A stretch of 64,000 nt of DNA. Origin: Felis catus. Taxonomy: Eukaryota. Shown here piece by piece: positions 1 to 12,611 of the stretch (positions are counted from its first letter, which is position 1; each line of letters starts with the position of its first letter). Under the pieces are notes generated by a model. The model saw nothing but the letters and a program-made list of their open reading frames with translations, ran no database searches and was not told the DNA's origin. Location: contig NC_058378.1 of NCBI RefSeq assembly GCF_018350175.1, forward strand, positions 22,010,001-22,074,000, given 5' to 3'. The position numbers were made by a program, and so were the translations under genes.

Positions 1-140
1 TGCCCCTCGCGGGCTGAAAGGTGGAGTGGGGTATACCCAGAAGTTGTGGCTGCATTTGGAGATGCTCCTTGCTGCAACAGCTGTTGCACTATATCTGCCT
101 TCCCCAATCGGGCAGAAATGTGGAGTGGGGTTTGGTCATC
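1..140 (-). CDS. ANK3: ANK3 coding exon (about exon 14), partial, runs off the window start
   Basis: CATTTAG|GAT GAC; [46 protein letters not shown]... Confidence 0.96.
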
Positions 141-1067
141 CTAAATGACAAGGTTGAAATACAAGGCTGATTAGCTGAGAACACAATGGTGACGTTGTGA
201 AACATTCAGCAAACTTTGCTTGCTATCAGAGGCTACCGTAGATTCTTTGCTTCAATGCTAAAAAAGTCCCATTTATCTTTTTCTTTAAGATTTAGTAAGG
301 GGGAGATGGTGGATCTAAGCACCTTAAATACCCTTTGAGTAACTATTAGTATGAAAAGTGTGAAAGGCAGTTCTATCTATAAATTATCCTCACTACCACC
401 TGCCATATTTTATTAAAATTTTATCCCCTAATGATTCCTTTTTTGAGGAGGTAAGGGAATTTATCCTACTAAAACTGGGAAAGGTATTATACCTCACCAG
501 TTATTGTGCCCTCATATGGAATGAATTATTTTATTGGCGCCACCTTGTCATAGTCCAAAGCACAGAGGCCGGGTATAGGGTTGTCCAGGTATAACTGCAC
601 AAAGACTCCTAGCCAAGAAGGCTGAAAGGCAGCCAACCCTCTGCTTGTCAAGGTGTACATCCTGGCATGAGCTGTATCTGCCTAGGAAAGGCCCCTTATT
701 ACAATTCACTCCCAGGCATGAGCACTATATCTTGCACCTTGAGGATCTTATCCCCAAATGGGAGAGGCATCTTTTCCTAGTTTGCCCAAAGATGCCTTGT
801 GGTGGTCATCCAACGAGAAATCCTCTATTTGAGTGTGAAAAAATTCAGGTAAGTACTTTAAATAGGGAAGCTAGAGAGAAGAGGTTGGAGCACAGGAGAC
901 TGCTCTGAAAAGCTAAGGAGGATGAGAGTCAAGGTCAAAGCAAGAGGGTCTATGTAAGAAGTATAAGAGGAATTGGTGGAGCCACAGGAAGAAGAATACT
1001 GAAAACAGAAAAAAGATAATTGTCACAGAAAAATTTCCTGTAATTCTGCTACTGCCACGACCACCAC

Positions 1068-1336
1068 TAAACATGGGCTGAGCACCTACATGTCCCAAGC
1101 TCTGTTCTAAGTACGCCACCTACATGAATTCATTAATCATCATGACAATCTTACCACTTGTAACTGTTAGTATTTCCATTTTCTATATGAAGAAACTAGA
1201 AAAATAAATGTGCCACAGAGATAGATATTCATTAACTCGCTCAAACACTATATAGCTAGTAAATGGAGGACCAAGGTTCAAACCCAGGCATTCTGGCTGA
1301 GAAAGAAAGGTTCTTAATCACAATACATACTGCCTC
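1068..1336 (-). mobile_element. MIR SINE
   Basis: MIR core-like ccattttctatatgaagaaact...ggttcaaacccaggca...ttcttaatcac. Confidence 0.75.
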
Positions 1337-1528
1337 CTTAATGAAACAGTAACTATAAATTCTATGCTCAATTTCAGCCGTGAGTGAAACCTTTTCCTGG
1401 ATACAATGCTTGATATGTCACTAACAACACTCAGAAAATGTGAGGTTTCTTGTAATCCATGGTAGAGTACAGCTTTTCTTATTTATTCTACTTTACTGAT
1501 TAAGCAGACTGAACCACCATCTCTAGAT

Positions 1529-1754
1529 CAGGGGTATGAAAACCACAATCCAGGGGCCAAATCCAGTTGCCACCTGTGTTTGTAAACCAAGTTTTATTGG
1601 AACATGGACACGCCCATTTGCTTATGTAGGATTGCCCATCACTGCTTCTGTTCCAGAATGTCAGAGTCGAGCAGCTGTGACAGAGATGGTGCATCTGTTA
1701 AAGCCTACAATATATACTAATAGGCTCTTTACAGAAAAAGTTTGCTGACCTCTG
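1529..1754. mobile_element. MER58A-like hAT-Charlie MITE
   Basis: caggggt...aaaagtttgctgacctctg termini, about 225 bp, aagttttattggaaca core, near-perfect 8-bp flanking repeat ctctagat/ctccagat. Confidence 0.8.
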
Positions 1755-1959
1755 TCTCCAGATCCTCTGTAAAATCCACCAACTGGCACCACAGTACATT
1801 GGACACCCAAAGCTTGTGTCTGCTGCTGTTATAACCTTTAGACTCATCTGCAGATCTTATGCTTACAATGATCTAGTTGTGTTTGTTCCCACCCTACTAT
1901 TTTGTACTAGTTACATTGCTACTTTGTGCTATATTTGCACTAATTACTTTAATTAAACA

Positions 1960-2330
1960 ATCGCACAATATGTTAGCAGGTAAAATATGAATCTGAAAGG
2001 GAAAGATTAATTTTCCCCTAAGAAGACTAATTTAAAAGCTTTGGAAAGCTTTGACAGAAGTTGATAAAAAAAACAATTGTGGTCAAATTAGATATGGGTG
2101 AGACAATTAAATATTTTGGGGGGATGTTATAAAAGTCTAGACATATTTTGTATACAAATTGCTTCATATATGTCTCAGTTTTCTCACTACTTAACCTGAA
2201 ACTAGAAACTGCAGACCATTTATATACTGAAGGTTAAATTAAATAATTAAGGCATTTACATATTTATTTACGATCCCTGACCTGAACTGCCATTTTGATA
2301 GCCAGACCAGCTACCTATCTCAATAGTGAA
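1960..2330 (+). mobile_element. Tigger (Tigger13a-like) DNA transposon fragment
   Basis: gctttggaaag...caaattagatatgggtgagacaa...caaattgcttc...gaaactagaaact resembles recalled Tigger13a transposase remnant. Confidence 0.6.
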
Positions 2331-2888
2331 AGAAAAGTGGGTTTCTTCTGGGAGCTAAACCAGGAAAGCGAAGCATTCAGTCTCAACCCAGACATTCTTC
2401 TATGCAAAGGCAAATCCCTAAAGCCACTCCAATTTGAGTCTGAGGGTTTATAACATCTCAGGTTGTGAAGAAAAGGTAAAACCTTCCTTTTTCCTTTTAT
2501 GGCTGTGACAGGTGACATATAAGTCAACCAAAAGAGTTCAATTATGCTTCCAAATTATGCCTGTTCTAGAAACTTTGCACATGAGCCCTTCTCTATGGAG
2601 TGTGAAGAATTCTGGATCAAGTCTAGGTTTGATTCCAAAATCTGTTAGAGGCTAGCAATGTGCCAAGGATGCAAAGTTCTTGTTCTATTAATTTTGTAAA
2701 ATAATTGAATGGACAAATGTGTAGGGAAGGATTTTTTTTTTTTTTTTACAATATCACTTGGATAGATACTTTTGTCATGACTTTATAAGAGTATCCCTGA
2801 AAGAGAGCATGCAGGTGTTTAAAGGTTTTAATAAAATCAAGGGTAATTTTTTTCCTCAAGAGCAAAGGCTTTCCTGTGTCACACATAC

Positions 2889-2987
2889 CTTGGCTTTAGC
2901 TTCTACCTGAGCGCCGTCTTGCACCAGATACCTCACGACTTCAGCTTGGCCAGATCGAGCTGCCATGTGCAGTGCTGTTTCTCCTCT
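2889..2987 (-). CDS. ANK3: ANK3 coding exon (about exon 13), 99 nt
   Basis: TTCCCCAG|AGA...AAG|GTATGT; [33 protein letters not shown]. Confidence 0.97.
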
Positions 2988-4837
2988 CTGGGGAACATGA
3001 GCCAAAGGTAATTAATGGAAGCTCTGAAGAAGGGTGGCATATTTTATTTGCATAATGCTTATGATGTAGGGTGTTTTTCTTTTTTAAGTAAAAAATAGTC
3101 CCAAGTACTTCCTTATTGAAAATGAGGAAAGATCGGAAATGAAATACACAAGAATTTCACAGCAACCTGATTCCTGATGGAAGGGATTGGAGTAACCCTT
3201 GGGGAGCCTGGTCTCCAACAGTGTCAGAAGTGCTCCTCAGTGTGGCCTCCTCCCAGCTTGAAAGGTGAATACTCCCAGGAGCCAAGCAAGAGGGGAGATG
3301 AATGAGTGGGGCAGGAGGGGAGCGCTCAACTAGACAGCCTGATGCCTTGCCCAAGGGAGGCTGCTGCTCCTTGGCATCTGCAGACCACTTCAGTAGTTGT
3401 GCCAGATGCCAGCCATATCATGCCACACCTTCCTGTTTTTCAAAAGCTGGCAGTTTGGCTGTTTGTATATACTTCTTAAACCTTGACCACAGAATCAGAA
3501 TTGCAAACAGAACAAAACAGAAATCCTAAGTTGCCAGGGCAATATAGACACACCTGAGGGCCAGACTTTGCTGTTGGCTGTTGGTTTGCATTCTGTGATT
3601 TAGTTCAGCAGACCAGTATTCTGGTCTTTGGACATTATCCCATGGGGCCATTTTCTTGGCCACTGGACTCCTCCACCCTGACCACTTCCCTCATTGTCAC
3701 CAGAGAGAGTTTAATTCAGATTATCTATTCATTTATTTCATAAAAAATGTAAACAATATAGAAAACATGGATAGACAAAAAGAAACAAAAGGTCATAAAG
3801 AGCAAATATATTCTCCCACACAAGTGATATCCACCTAAAAATTCCTTTTATAAATTGAGCATTGCTTTACAGGACATCCACCTCCATGGAAGGATACACA
3901 AGGACATATTTCACATGTAACTTGTTACTATGCTTACTAGAAAGGCATTGGAGATATAGTTTACCAGATCATCCAGGGTTCTCTTTATGAAGGGAAACAT
4001 TCTCTCTCTCTCTCTGGCATTAGGAACAGGAAAGATGATATTTCTGCTCAGAAGCTGGTCTGTTCCTATCTTGTGGATGTGTTCATTTGGGCTGTTAGAA
4101 GACAGAGCCTTCCTGGAGGCTCACCGTCAGGGTGAGTGTGCAGGACCTTATGGCTTGCCCTTTCTGTGCCAGAAAGTGGTTTATTTGATTTTTACTGCTT
4201 TGGTGCTCATGAGTCCAAGTAGTGTTGTTATGCTTATGGTCTGGTATGCTAATATTATTATGAAGACAAACTTAAAATCCTATAAAACAATGTCAAATGC
4301 CACATGTAGATCTAGAGTGATAAGTCACTTAGAGAGTGATATTTACTCTGAAATGAGCAATGATTAATATGGGACAATACCATCCGATAATCTATGAACA
4401 TGGGTTTGTTATAACCATGGGTTTGCTATAACATGGTCAAGCTCACTAAAGAGAAGAATTACTTTGGATTTACTTGAAATTACAATAATGACCATTTGAA
4501 GTGCCTCCTCAACATGAAACACTTCTTTAAATGCTTCTATTGTAAATTCTTCCCCTCCACAAAAGCTATTTTTTAAAGCATAACATCTGGTAGTAACATA
4601 TCTGCAAATTTAATGCACACAACCTGTAAGTCCTAACAATTTGTGGCCAGCTGGCGACTGAATGGATCTTGCCTTCGAAGTAAAGGAAACCACAGGTATT
4701 CTCAAATTTTGTCCTTCTAAGTAGTCACATTAAATAGTAATGAATTTAATTACAATAAAAAATAAGTAAATAAGAGCAATTTTTATCAGTTTCTTAAATA
4801 CTCATAATTGGACATTCTTTGTTAAAAGGATACTTAC

Positions 4838-4936
4838 CACATTGGTCGTGTTTGGTGAGGCTCCATGATGCATTAGTTGTGATACGATATTTACATGCCC
4901 CATGAAGGCAGCAACATGGATTGGGGTAAGGCCCGA
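4838..4936 (-). CDS. ANK3: ANK3 coding exon (about exon 12), 99 nt
   Basis: TTCTTCCTAG|TCG...GTG|GTAAGT; [33 protein letters not shown]. Confidence 0.97.
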
Positions 4937-5381
4937 CTAGGAAGAAAAGAGGGAAATAGTGGTTTGTGAGCTTATCATAAAAAGGTTTTGTCTGCCTGCC
5001 TCCCTGTCTGCCCTCCATGCACCCACCCATTCATTCATCCATCCCACACTCATCTTAACATAACCACTCAAGTGATCAGATCAGAAGACGTCAGGACATT
5101 GCCCACTATGTCAGATTCTATAAGATAAATGTATTAATACATAATAATCATTTCCTTAAAGCAGGTTCAGTGATTATGAAGGACCTATGTCATATCTGCT
5201 AAAGAATGATTTCAAACATTCTATAAAGAGCTATGAAAAAAAAATTAGAGAGAAATGACCTGAAGTTTTTCCCCCTTTGCTACCAAACCTTTCTTATCCA
5301 TATAACTATGTGTGTGTGTGTTGGGGGGGGGGGGTAGGTGCATGTATGATTACATACATACTATTAAAAAGCTGACTTTCT

Positions 5382-5594
5382 GGGGCGCCTGGGTGGCTCA
5401 GTCGGTTAAGCGACTTCGGCTCAGGTCATGATCTCACGGTCCGTGAGTTCGAGCCCCGCGTCGGGCTCTGTGCTGACAGCTCAGAGCCTGGAGCCTATTT
5501 CCGATTCTGTGTCTCCCTCTCTCTCTGACCCTCCCCTGTTCATGCTCTGTCTCTCTCTGTCTCACAAATAAATAAACGTTAAAAAAAAATTTTA
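5382..5594 (+). mobile_element. CanSINE (SINEC_Fc-type), fairly young
   Basis: ggggcgcctgggtggctcagtcgg head, CT-rich segment, A tail; 15-bp TSD aaaaagctgactttc (5366-5380/5595-5609). Confidence 0.95.
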
Positions 5595-6569
5595 AAAAAG
5601 CTGACTTTCATTTCAGATCCTATTTTGGCCTTTAAAAATGATTCCGACGAACTTAGAGTCAACTGATTCCATTGTACACAAAAGAGCATGGTACTTAACA
5701 CAAGGCCAACCCTCTAATAAATGAGCAGATCACATTAATTGTTTTAATCACTTAATTTTAACTTTATGAATATTACAAATTAAGGTGATATAATTAAAGC
5801 AAATAATACAATGATTACTAGACAAGACTTTAAATTTTGTTTGTCCCAAATCCTACACACACACACCCTTATGCTTCTTATATGAAATGATGCCATTTTG
5901 AATTTTTTAGAATTTAATTCCATGTACAGCATGAACACCATAAGTTGGTAAAAATGCTTAATATGGCTAGAAATAGCTAATGTATTATAAAAAGAGAATG
6001 AGAAGGAGATCCAGTCTCAACAGGAATTTGAGAAATGTCAAAAAAATACGTGAAAGAAATTCTGTCTAATAAAAGTGAAGTAAAAGGCAGAAGAGAAAGA
6101 CTTCTGGTTGGCCAGGCTTCAAATAATGGGCACTGAGGAAAATGAGAACTGTGTTAAAAATTTGACACCTTTTTCCATCAGTAGGGGGAGTCCTTAGAAC
6201 ATGTACAAGGCATGTTCTCATCTTGGTCTGCCTTGCCTTTTAAAGCTCTGAGGAGTACAGGGCTGGCAGAGGATCCTTTCCAGTTGCTGACATCTCTGGA
6301 TATTTAATCAAACACCAGTCAAAAATATTTTATTTCGGAGCCCATTCTGATCTTTAAAAATGGTTGCCATATACTGAGAATAAGCTTTTAAAATAACAGG
6401 TCCCTACCATAAAGACATGGGAGTGACAAAAGAGCAAATCAGTATTAATATTTTCAACCATTTAATAACGTTAAATTTGTAAGTGTTACAAATCAAGGCA
6501 GATATTTGAAGATAAGAAACTAGGCTAGATCTCAAATTTCATATCTGCTTCAAATGCTACAGTCTTTAT

Positions 6570-6990
6570 TGATGCATTCAGCAGACCTTTACTGAATGGC
6601 CTATACCATGTTGCAGGCATCTATAGACCCATCAGACTCAGGCCTGCCTTGATGGAGCTTGCACTTTCTGGGGAGGGGGAGTGGCTAGGTCATAAGTGAA
6701 GCATCCAGATAAGTGCTTTAATGGAAACAGGCACAGGAAGAGGTGCTGCGAGGAGGACCTCCTAGACGAGGCCAAGGACTTCCTAGTGAGTAGCTCCAGA
6801 TTCGTCCTGAAGAGTGTACAGGATTAGCCAAGATAGCAAACTGGGGGTGACACATGGAGGGTACAGAGATAGGAGGGGAATGAAAGGGTATCCAGTCCCA
6901 GAAAATGCTGTGGCTGGAATCTATGGAGAGCAGAGTGCTGGGGGCAGGGCAGGCTGGGGAGTCTGGAGTGGTAGATGCCAGGCGTGCTTA
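6570..6990 (-). mobile_element. L2 LINE 3' fragment
   Basis: cattcagcagacctttactgaatg...cctgccttgatggagcttgcac. Confidence 0.6.
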
Positions 6991-7150
6991 GCACTGATCC
7001 TGGTGGAACGTTTCTCCGAGTTCTGTGTCAGTTTTACAAGAGAAATCTAGAGTTGTCCTTTACTAACTTCAGCAACTCTGTGTTTTCTTAATTCTGAGTT
7101 TTTAGAGAGAGTAATGCTCAGTTTACAAACACTGAGGGGTGGTGTTATAT

Positions 7151-7360
7151 AAGGTTTCTCAACCTTGGCACATCTGACATTTTGAGCCAGATAATCTTTG
7201 TTGTAGAAGGCTGGCCTGAACGTTGTGAAATATTTAGTAGCATCTGGCCTCTAGCCACTAGACACCAGGAGCACCATCCACTTGTCAGAACTAAAAATAC
7301 CTCCAGACATTTTCACATGCCTCCTGGGGGACAAAATCGCCCCCATCTGAGAAGCACCGC
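7151..7360. mobile_element. MER20 hAT MITE
   Basis: tttctcaaccttggcac...gacattttgagccagataat...ggacaaaatcgccccc...tgagaagcacc. Confidence 0.85.
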
Positions 7361-7631
7361 ATTACAGAATTTCAAGTAAATTATGCTTTCAGTGGTGGCG
7401 CCACTCACCCCTGAGCACAAAGCGTGTGTTCTGAATGATGTGTTTATACTCATTCCCCCTCATACCTGTCTGCTTCCCTCTGACCTTGCAGCCCCTTGGG
7501 TGAAGGCTTCAGAAAGTAGTGGCAACCATATATACACAGCAAAACTAGCTGTTGAGAATGGCTCTGGGACTCCAGCTGTGAAGACCATCCCCTCATGACC
7601 CAGGGAACCCTAGATATCCCACTCCCCTCAC

Positions 7632-7730
7632 CTCGGTTACGGCTTGGATGGATGCACCGTGTTTCAGAAGGAGTTCCATGACTTTAATCCGATTCTTCTT
7701 GCAGGCAATATGAAGAGGGGTAAAGCCATT
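7632..7730 (-). CDS. ANK3: ANK3 coding exon (about exon 11), 99 nt
   Basis: CCTTTCAG|AAT...GAG|GTGAGG; [33 protein letters not shown]. Confidence 0.97.
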
Positions 7731-8170
7731 CTGAAAGGGACAAAGACAGAAGTACATTACTGCCTTCCATTGAAATCCAGTTCCATTGCGTGTGGTAAAT
7801 GTGTTGCAAAATGAAGTTCTGTAAAGATTTGGAAGTGAGCAGAAACAATGAGGGGTTAACAGAATGTAGATTCTTTTCTGGAAGTGTAGGTAGTCTAGCT
7901 GCTCCTAGAAATCTGAAGTACCTTGGTAATCATGAACAGGAAGTGGATTTTTGTCATGGTCTCAGTAGCTAAGACAAAACAGTCATGCATTTTTTAAGAT
8001 TATTTTATTTTGGAATTTTCTCTTCTAAATAATGTGTCCCTCCCTTCTCCATCCCATTTCAAACACAGACTAAAAACAGCTGGGCCCAAACATTTGTCCT
8101 CACAGCCAAAACTTTGCCAATACTATTCAGACTTCAACTATAAGACCAGTTCTAGAATGTTTTCATCCCA

Positions 8171-8394
8171 GGGGCATCTGGGTGGTTCAGTCAGTTAAGC
8201 GTCTGACTTCGGCTCAGGTCATGATCTCACAGCTCATGAGTTCGAACCCCTCGTCAGGCTCTGTGCTGACAGCTCTGAGCCTGGAGCCTGCTTCAGACTT
8301 TGTTTCTCCCTCTCTCTCTGCCCCTCCCCCACTCATGCTCTATCTCTCTCTGTCTCTCAAAAATAAATAAATGTTAGAAAAATTAAAAAAAAAA
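8171..8394 (+). mobile_element. CanSINE (SINEC_Fc-type)
   Basis: Full head-CT-tail structure; TSD core tagaatgttttcatccc (8153-8169/8402-8418). Confidence 0.95.
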
Positions 8395-9817
8395 GATCGT
8401 TTAGAATGTTTTCATCCCTTCCATTTTTAAATTTCAAGTAGGTACTTAGTCCAAGGAAACAGGAAGTGAAACAACCCAACATTATTCGGATCATTTGGTT
8501 TAATATTTAATCTACTAAAGGAATCTGCTTTTTAACATATTACCTACCAATTTGTACTGCCTGATAATTGAGACCATGGAGCATTTTTCAGCCACCATAG
8601 AGAAGTATAAAATATCAGGGTCCACTATAAAAGCTTAGGTCAAAGTCACTATAGGTGCTTCCATAGCCATTGTTAGACCATTTACCTGGCCAGAGTCCAT
8701 TCCAGGATGACTGGCTACAATCTCTACATGTTGTGAAATCTTTAGAGTCAGAGGAAAATGAGAGTGAATGTCCACACCCTGTTTTAAGGCTTTTTTTTTC
8801 TTGTATGGAAAAATGAGTCATGATTAATAATTTCTTTTCCTCCCTTCTCAGAATGCAAAGATATGTTTGATATACCGGGCAGGTCAACAGCTCTTGAAAT
8901 GCTGTTGTGGTAAAAGTTTTTCGAGTGACAAAGACGGTGGAGCTGCCTGGGGCCAAGAGTGCTCTTCAGTCCTCATCTTTCCTGCCCACTGGTCCTGAGC
9001 CCACAGAGGACCAGAGGTGCCATGGATTCATTCAGACAGGGAGATAGCACCAGTTGGAACGGAGCAGTGACCCTTTCCAAATCAGTTGATCAGATGATAG
9101 CCTTTACCTCAAAACTGCTAGTAAACTCACATGTTTCCCCTAACATTTGGTGACTGATTTTTTCCTAAACATGGGTACTTATTCTGAACTAAACTTAAAC
9201 AGCTTACCAAATTGGGTTTATTTATTTTTCCAAAGACAACACACACCATCTTGTTATGAAAATAAAACTATAGCACAGCTAAGCATTAAAATAACGGATC
9301 ATCTTAGGAGTTAAGACTACAAATCAGACCCAAATTTTTATTTTTATCACTAGGAAAAGGAGATGACAGGCAATGTGTTAACTTACGTGGTAAACATAAC
9401 ACAAAATTTCAGCTCACAAATTCCTAGACCTCTGATGCTGAAGATAAAGTTTTTTGACCATTTTACTTCATGTTTAGATCTCAGGAAAAAAATTTAATTC
9501 ACATAATTATAACTTTACCTTCAGTAAGATTGGTTTGACCAGCTCAGTCTTTTTTTTATACTTACATGGTCTTTGGGTCTTGTTTATTGTAAAAGATTCA
9601 CCAGTGTGGCTATAAAGAGAATGATTTAGCCCTATCAGCCTTGTTCATGTCAGAAATAGGTTGTTTCTTTAAAAGATATTTGAAAAAGTTGATAGGAAGT
9701 ACATTTTATTTAACTAGACCGTCCATTTTTATCTCGTCAAAGTAATCTCTTCACATGCAGAGGTAGCACACTGTCAGCAAGACAACACAGGCTGGACCTG
9801 TTGACTGAGCTACTCAC

Positions 9818-10015
9818 CAGGGCTTTGGCATTGGGGTTAGCTTTCTTGTCCAAGAGAACCTTGGCGACCTTGTAATGGCCACAGTGGGCAGCCACATGCA
9901 GGGCAGTCAGGTAGTCATTGGTGACGTCATCTACGGGCACGTTATGCTGGAGGAGAAGCTGGACGCAGTTTAAGTGATCCCCTTGTGTGGCCATGTGCAA
10001 TGGAGACAGTCCATT
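9818..10015 (-). CDS. ANK3: ANK3 coding exon (about exon 10), 198 nt
   Basis: GTTTCAG|AAT...CTG|GTGAGT; [66 protein letters not shown]. Confidence 0.97.
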
Positions 10016-10133
10016 CTGAAACACATAAGAAAATCAGTTGTTTTACCTTTTAAACACAAATGTGCAAAACACGAAATACAATACAACCATGAAAAGATGA
10101 AAACTTTGTTTCTCACACAGAAATACTTTCACC

Positions 10134-10721
10134 TTTTTTTTTAAGATTTTATTTTTATTTTTATTTTTAAGCAATCTCCACACCAGCATGGGGCTCAAAC
10201 TCACAACCCCAGATCAAGAGTGGCTCTACCAACAGAGCCAGCCAGGTGCCCCTACCTTCCCCTTTTATGCTTTTTTGTTTTAAGTTTTTATTTAAATTCC
10301 AATTAGTTAAAATACGGAGTAATATTACTTTCAGGTGTTATAATTTTTTTAATTAAAGAAATTTTTTTTTTTAATTTTCAGTAAACTCTACACCATACAT
10401 GGGACTCGAATTCACAATCCCAAGATCAAGAGTTGTATGCTCTACCAACTGAGCCAGCCAGGTGCCCTCTTTTTAAAAGGTTTTAATGATTGGTTTGAAC
10501 TGCAGGTACTTATAAAACAAGTCCTCCCACTTCTTTTATCAGTTGAAAACACATTTTCCAAGAAAATTCCTTTTCTGATTTAAAAATAGTGTGAATTGCC
10601 CTAAGGCCCATTATTAATCATATTCCCAGTGACGTGGAATTCTCTTTTTTCTTAAGATTTTATTTTTAAGCAATCTTTACACCCAACGTGGGGTTCAAAC
10701 CTACAACCCCGAGATCAAGAG
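10134..10721 (-). mobile_element. Cluster of three short old-type CanSINEs (10134-10252, about 10345-10467, truncated 10645-10721) plus an L1 3' scrap (about 10270-10340)
   Basis: aagattttatttttaagcaatct...agatcaagagt...gagccagccaggtgcccc motifs. Confidence 0.85.
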
Positions 10722-11232
10722 TTCTCCGCCCCCTGCCCCCCAGAATTCTTAATATTTAAGAGTGAAAAGGACTTTTAAAAAAAACAAAATGAATACCCAT
10801 GGTGTTCATTACACTGGGTTTTATTTTGCCTTTACAAGTTACTAACCCTTGATATTGATGCTATATTGATTTGATTCACAAAAAAGTTCTGACTAAACAC
10901 ATTTTATCTCACATCAGTGTAGAAAGGAAATTTTCCCTCTGCCATCAGTCTGGTGCCCCCATGTGTCTATGATGAGGAAAGGCAAGGCATTGACCAACTC
11001 ATTAGCTAATGCTGGCCTCAGTTTAAATCAGCTGGGTTCAATGACAGTTAATCATGTGTGGTGGGAATAAGTCAAAAATTCTTTAAAGAGAGAAGAAATG
11101 AATAGGCTCAAAGGTAAATAAATAAAACCTTAAAAAAAAGGTTAGAGTGACATTTAGCATTCAGTATGTGTTTCCCAGTGAAGGCAAAAACAAGGTATTA
11201 AGAGATGAATCTTTTCAAGAATGCTGCCTTTA

Positions 11233-11253
11233 TTTTTTTTTTATTTTTTTTTA

Positions 11254-11285
<32 letters not shown>

Positions 11286-11488
11286 CAACGTTTATTTATT
11301 TTTGGGACAGAGAGAGACAGAGCATGAACGGGGGAGGGGCAGAGAGAGAGGGAGACACAGAATCGGAAACAGGCTCCAGGCTCTGAGCCATCAGCCCAGA
11401 GCCTGATGCGGGGCTCGAACTCACAGACCGCGAGATCGTGACCTGGCTGAAGTCGGACGCTCAACCGACTGCGCCACCCAGGCGCCCC
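11233..11488 (-). mobile_element. Very young SINEC_Fc
   Basis: CpG-rich body, tail of about 53 nt, perfect 16-bp TSD aagaatgctgccttta (11217-11232/11489-11504). Confidence 0.97.
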
Positions 11489-11938
11489 AAGAATGCTGCC
11501 TTTAAATGTGGAGGCAAAGTGGAGGAAACATGGAAATTTCTAGAGAATCCAATTATTGAGAGAGGCTCTATTAATCACTATGATATAGTTTAACATATCT
11601 GGCCAGGGGGGTAGGATATGACCACAAATTCAGTTTCCAAAAATTTGTTTTCAAGTTATTTCCCTTAATTTATCTATAAATGATATAAAATGGGATATCA
11701 AGATAGGAAGAAAAGGTGCCAGCCTCCCTCTAGTCACTCTCATGGTATCATTCACTCACTGTCAAGTATTTCAACTATTTGTGTTCCTTGAAAGCAAAAG
11801 GTTCATGAGTTACAATTTTCCCATACTGCCCCACAGAGAGCCATGTATATATAGAAAGAGGTCAATAAATATTTGTGTGAATTTGAAGACTTCACACAGG
11901 GTCAATCAGAATATTTCTACCTAAGAAATTCAACTCCA

Positions 11939-12147
11939 GGGGCACCTGGGTGACTCAGTCGGTTAAGCATCTGTCTTTGGCTCAGGTCATGATCTCATGG
12001 TTTGTGAGTTCAAGCTCCGCATCGGGCTCTGTGCTGACAGCTCAGAGGCTGGAGCCTGCTTCTGATCCTGTGTCTCCCTGTCTTTCTGCGGCTCCCCCTC
12101 TCACACACTCTCTCTTTCTCTCAAAAATAAATAAACATTAAAAAAAA
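11939..12147 (+). mobile_element. CanSINE
   Basis: ggggcacctgggtgactcag head; aaataaataaacattaaaa tail. Confidence 0.93.
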
Positions 12148-12611
12148 TTCTCTCCAACATCTTGAATCAAAGTAGACACTAATGTGCAACAAAGGATGGA
12201 GACACTGGGGATAGTAGCACCCACCAGCATATGCACACATGCGCTCCTGTGCTTCCTGCCAAGACATTCCTTTGCTTTATGTTTTGATACAGTCATATGT
12301 TTTGATACATTACTTCATGGTGAAGTAAACAAACAAAATCTTAGGAAACAAATGACTTAGTGGCCAGTAGAAATGGAAGGCAGTGTCAACAAAAGAAGGA
12401 CATTCCCCACTGATACACAAAATAACAATATATGAGTAGTAACATGTCATTGGAGAAGGACAAGAAAGTAAAGATCCTGAACCCTAGGGAGAAGGGTCTT
12501 ACTGCATACTGTACCCTCATAAAGCTGAAAGTATAGATCCAATGTGATGGGTTTTCTTAGCTCAGAAAGATGAAAGCCTTGAGGAATTAGACAAATGTTT
12601 TAAAGTCAGAA

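Noticed and set aside
535-550. CTCF-like TGACAAGGTGGCGCCA (minus strand)
   Set aside because: It lacks the 5' CC of the core; too weak to call without ChIP data
846-854. Perfect plus-strand donors (CAG|GTAAGT here, CAG|GTGAGT at 55291, AAG|GTAAGT at 56368) as an antisense transcript
   Set aside because: A few consensus 9-mers are expected by chance in 64 kb, and I could not build a coherent acceptor/exon chain
2901-2909. Internal CAG|GTAGAA donor in exon 13 (would delete 6 aa)
   Set aside because: Weaker than the real AAG|GTATGT donor and explained by the Gln-Val-Glu codons
5382-5460. tRNA-like A/B boxes as tRNA genes
   Set aside because: They are the tRNA-derived heads of CanSINEs, followed by a CT-rich body, A tail and TSD
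8182-8370. Recurrent ORFs of type MAQSVKxLTSAQVMISxFMSSSP (also at 11950, 14536, 28955, 38742, 60797, 63362)
   Set aside because: They are translations of CanSINE bodies, not a gene family
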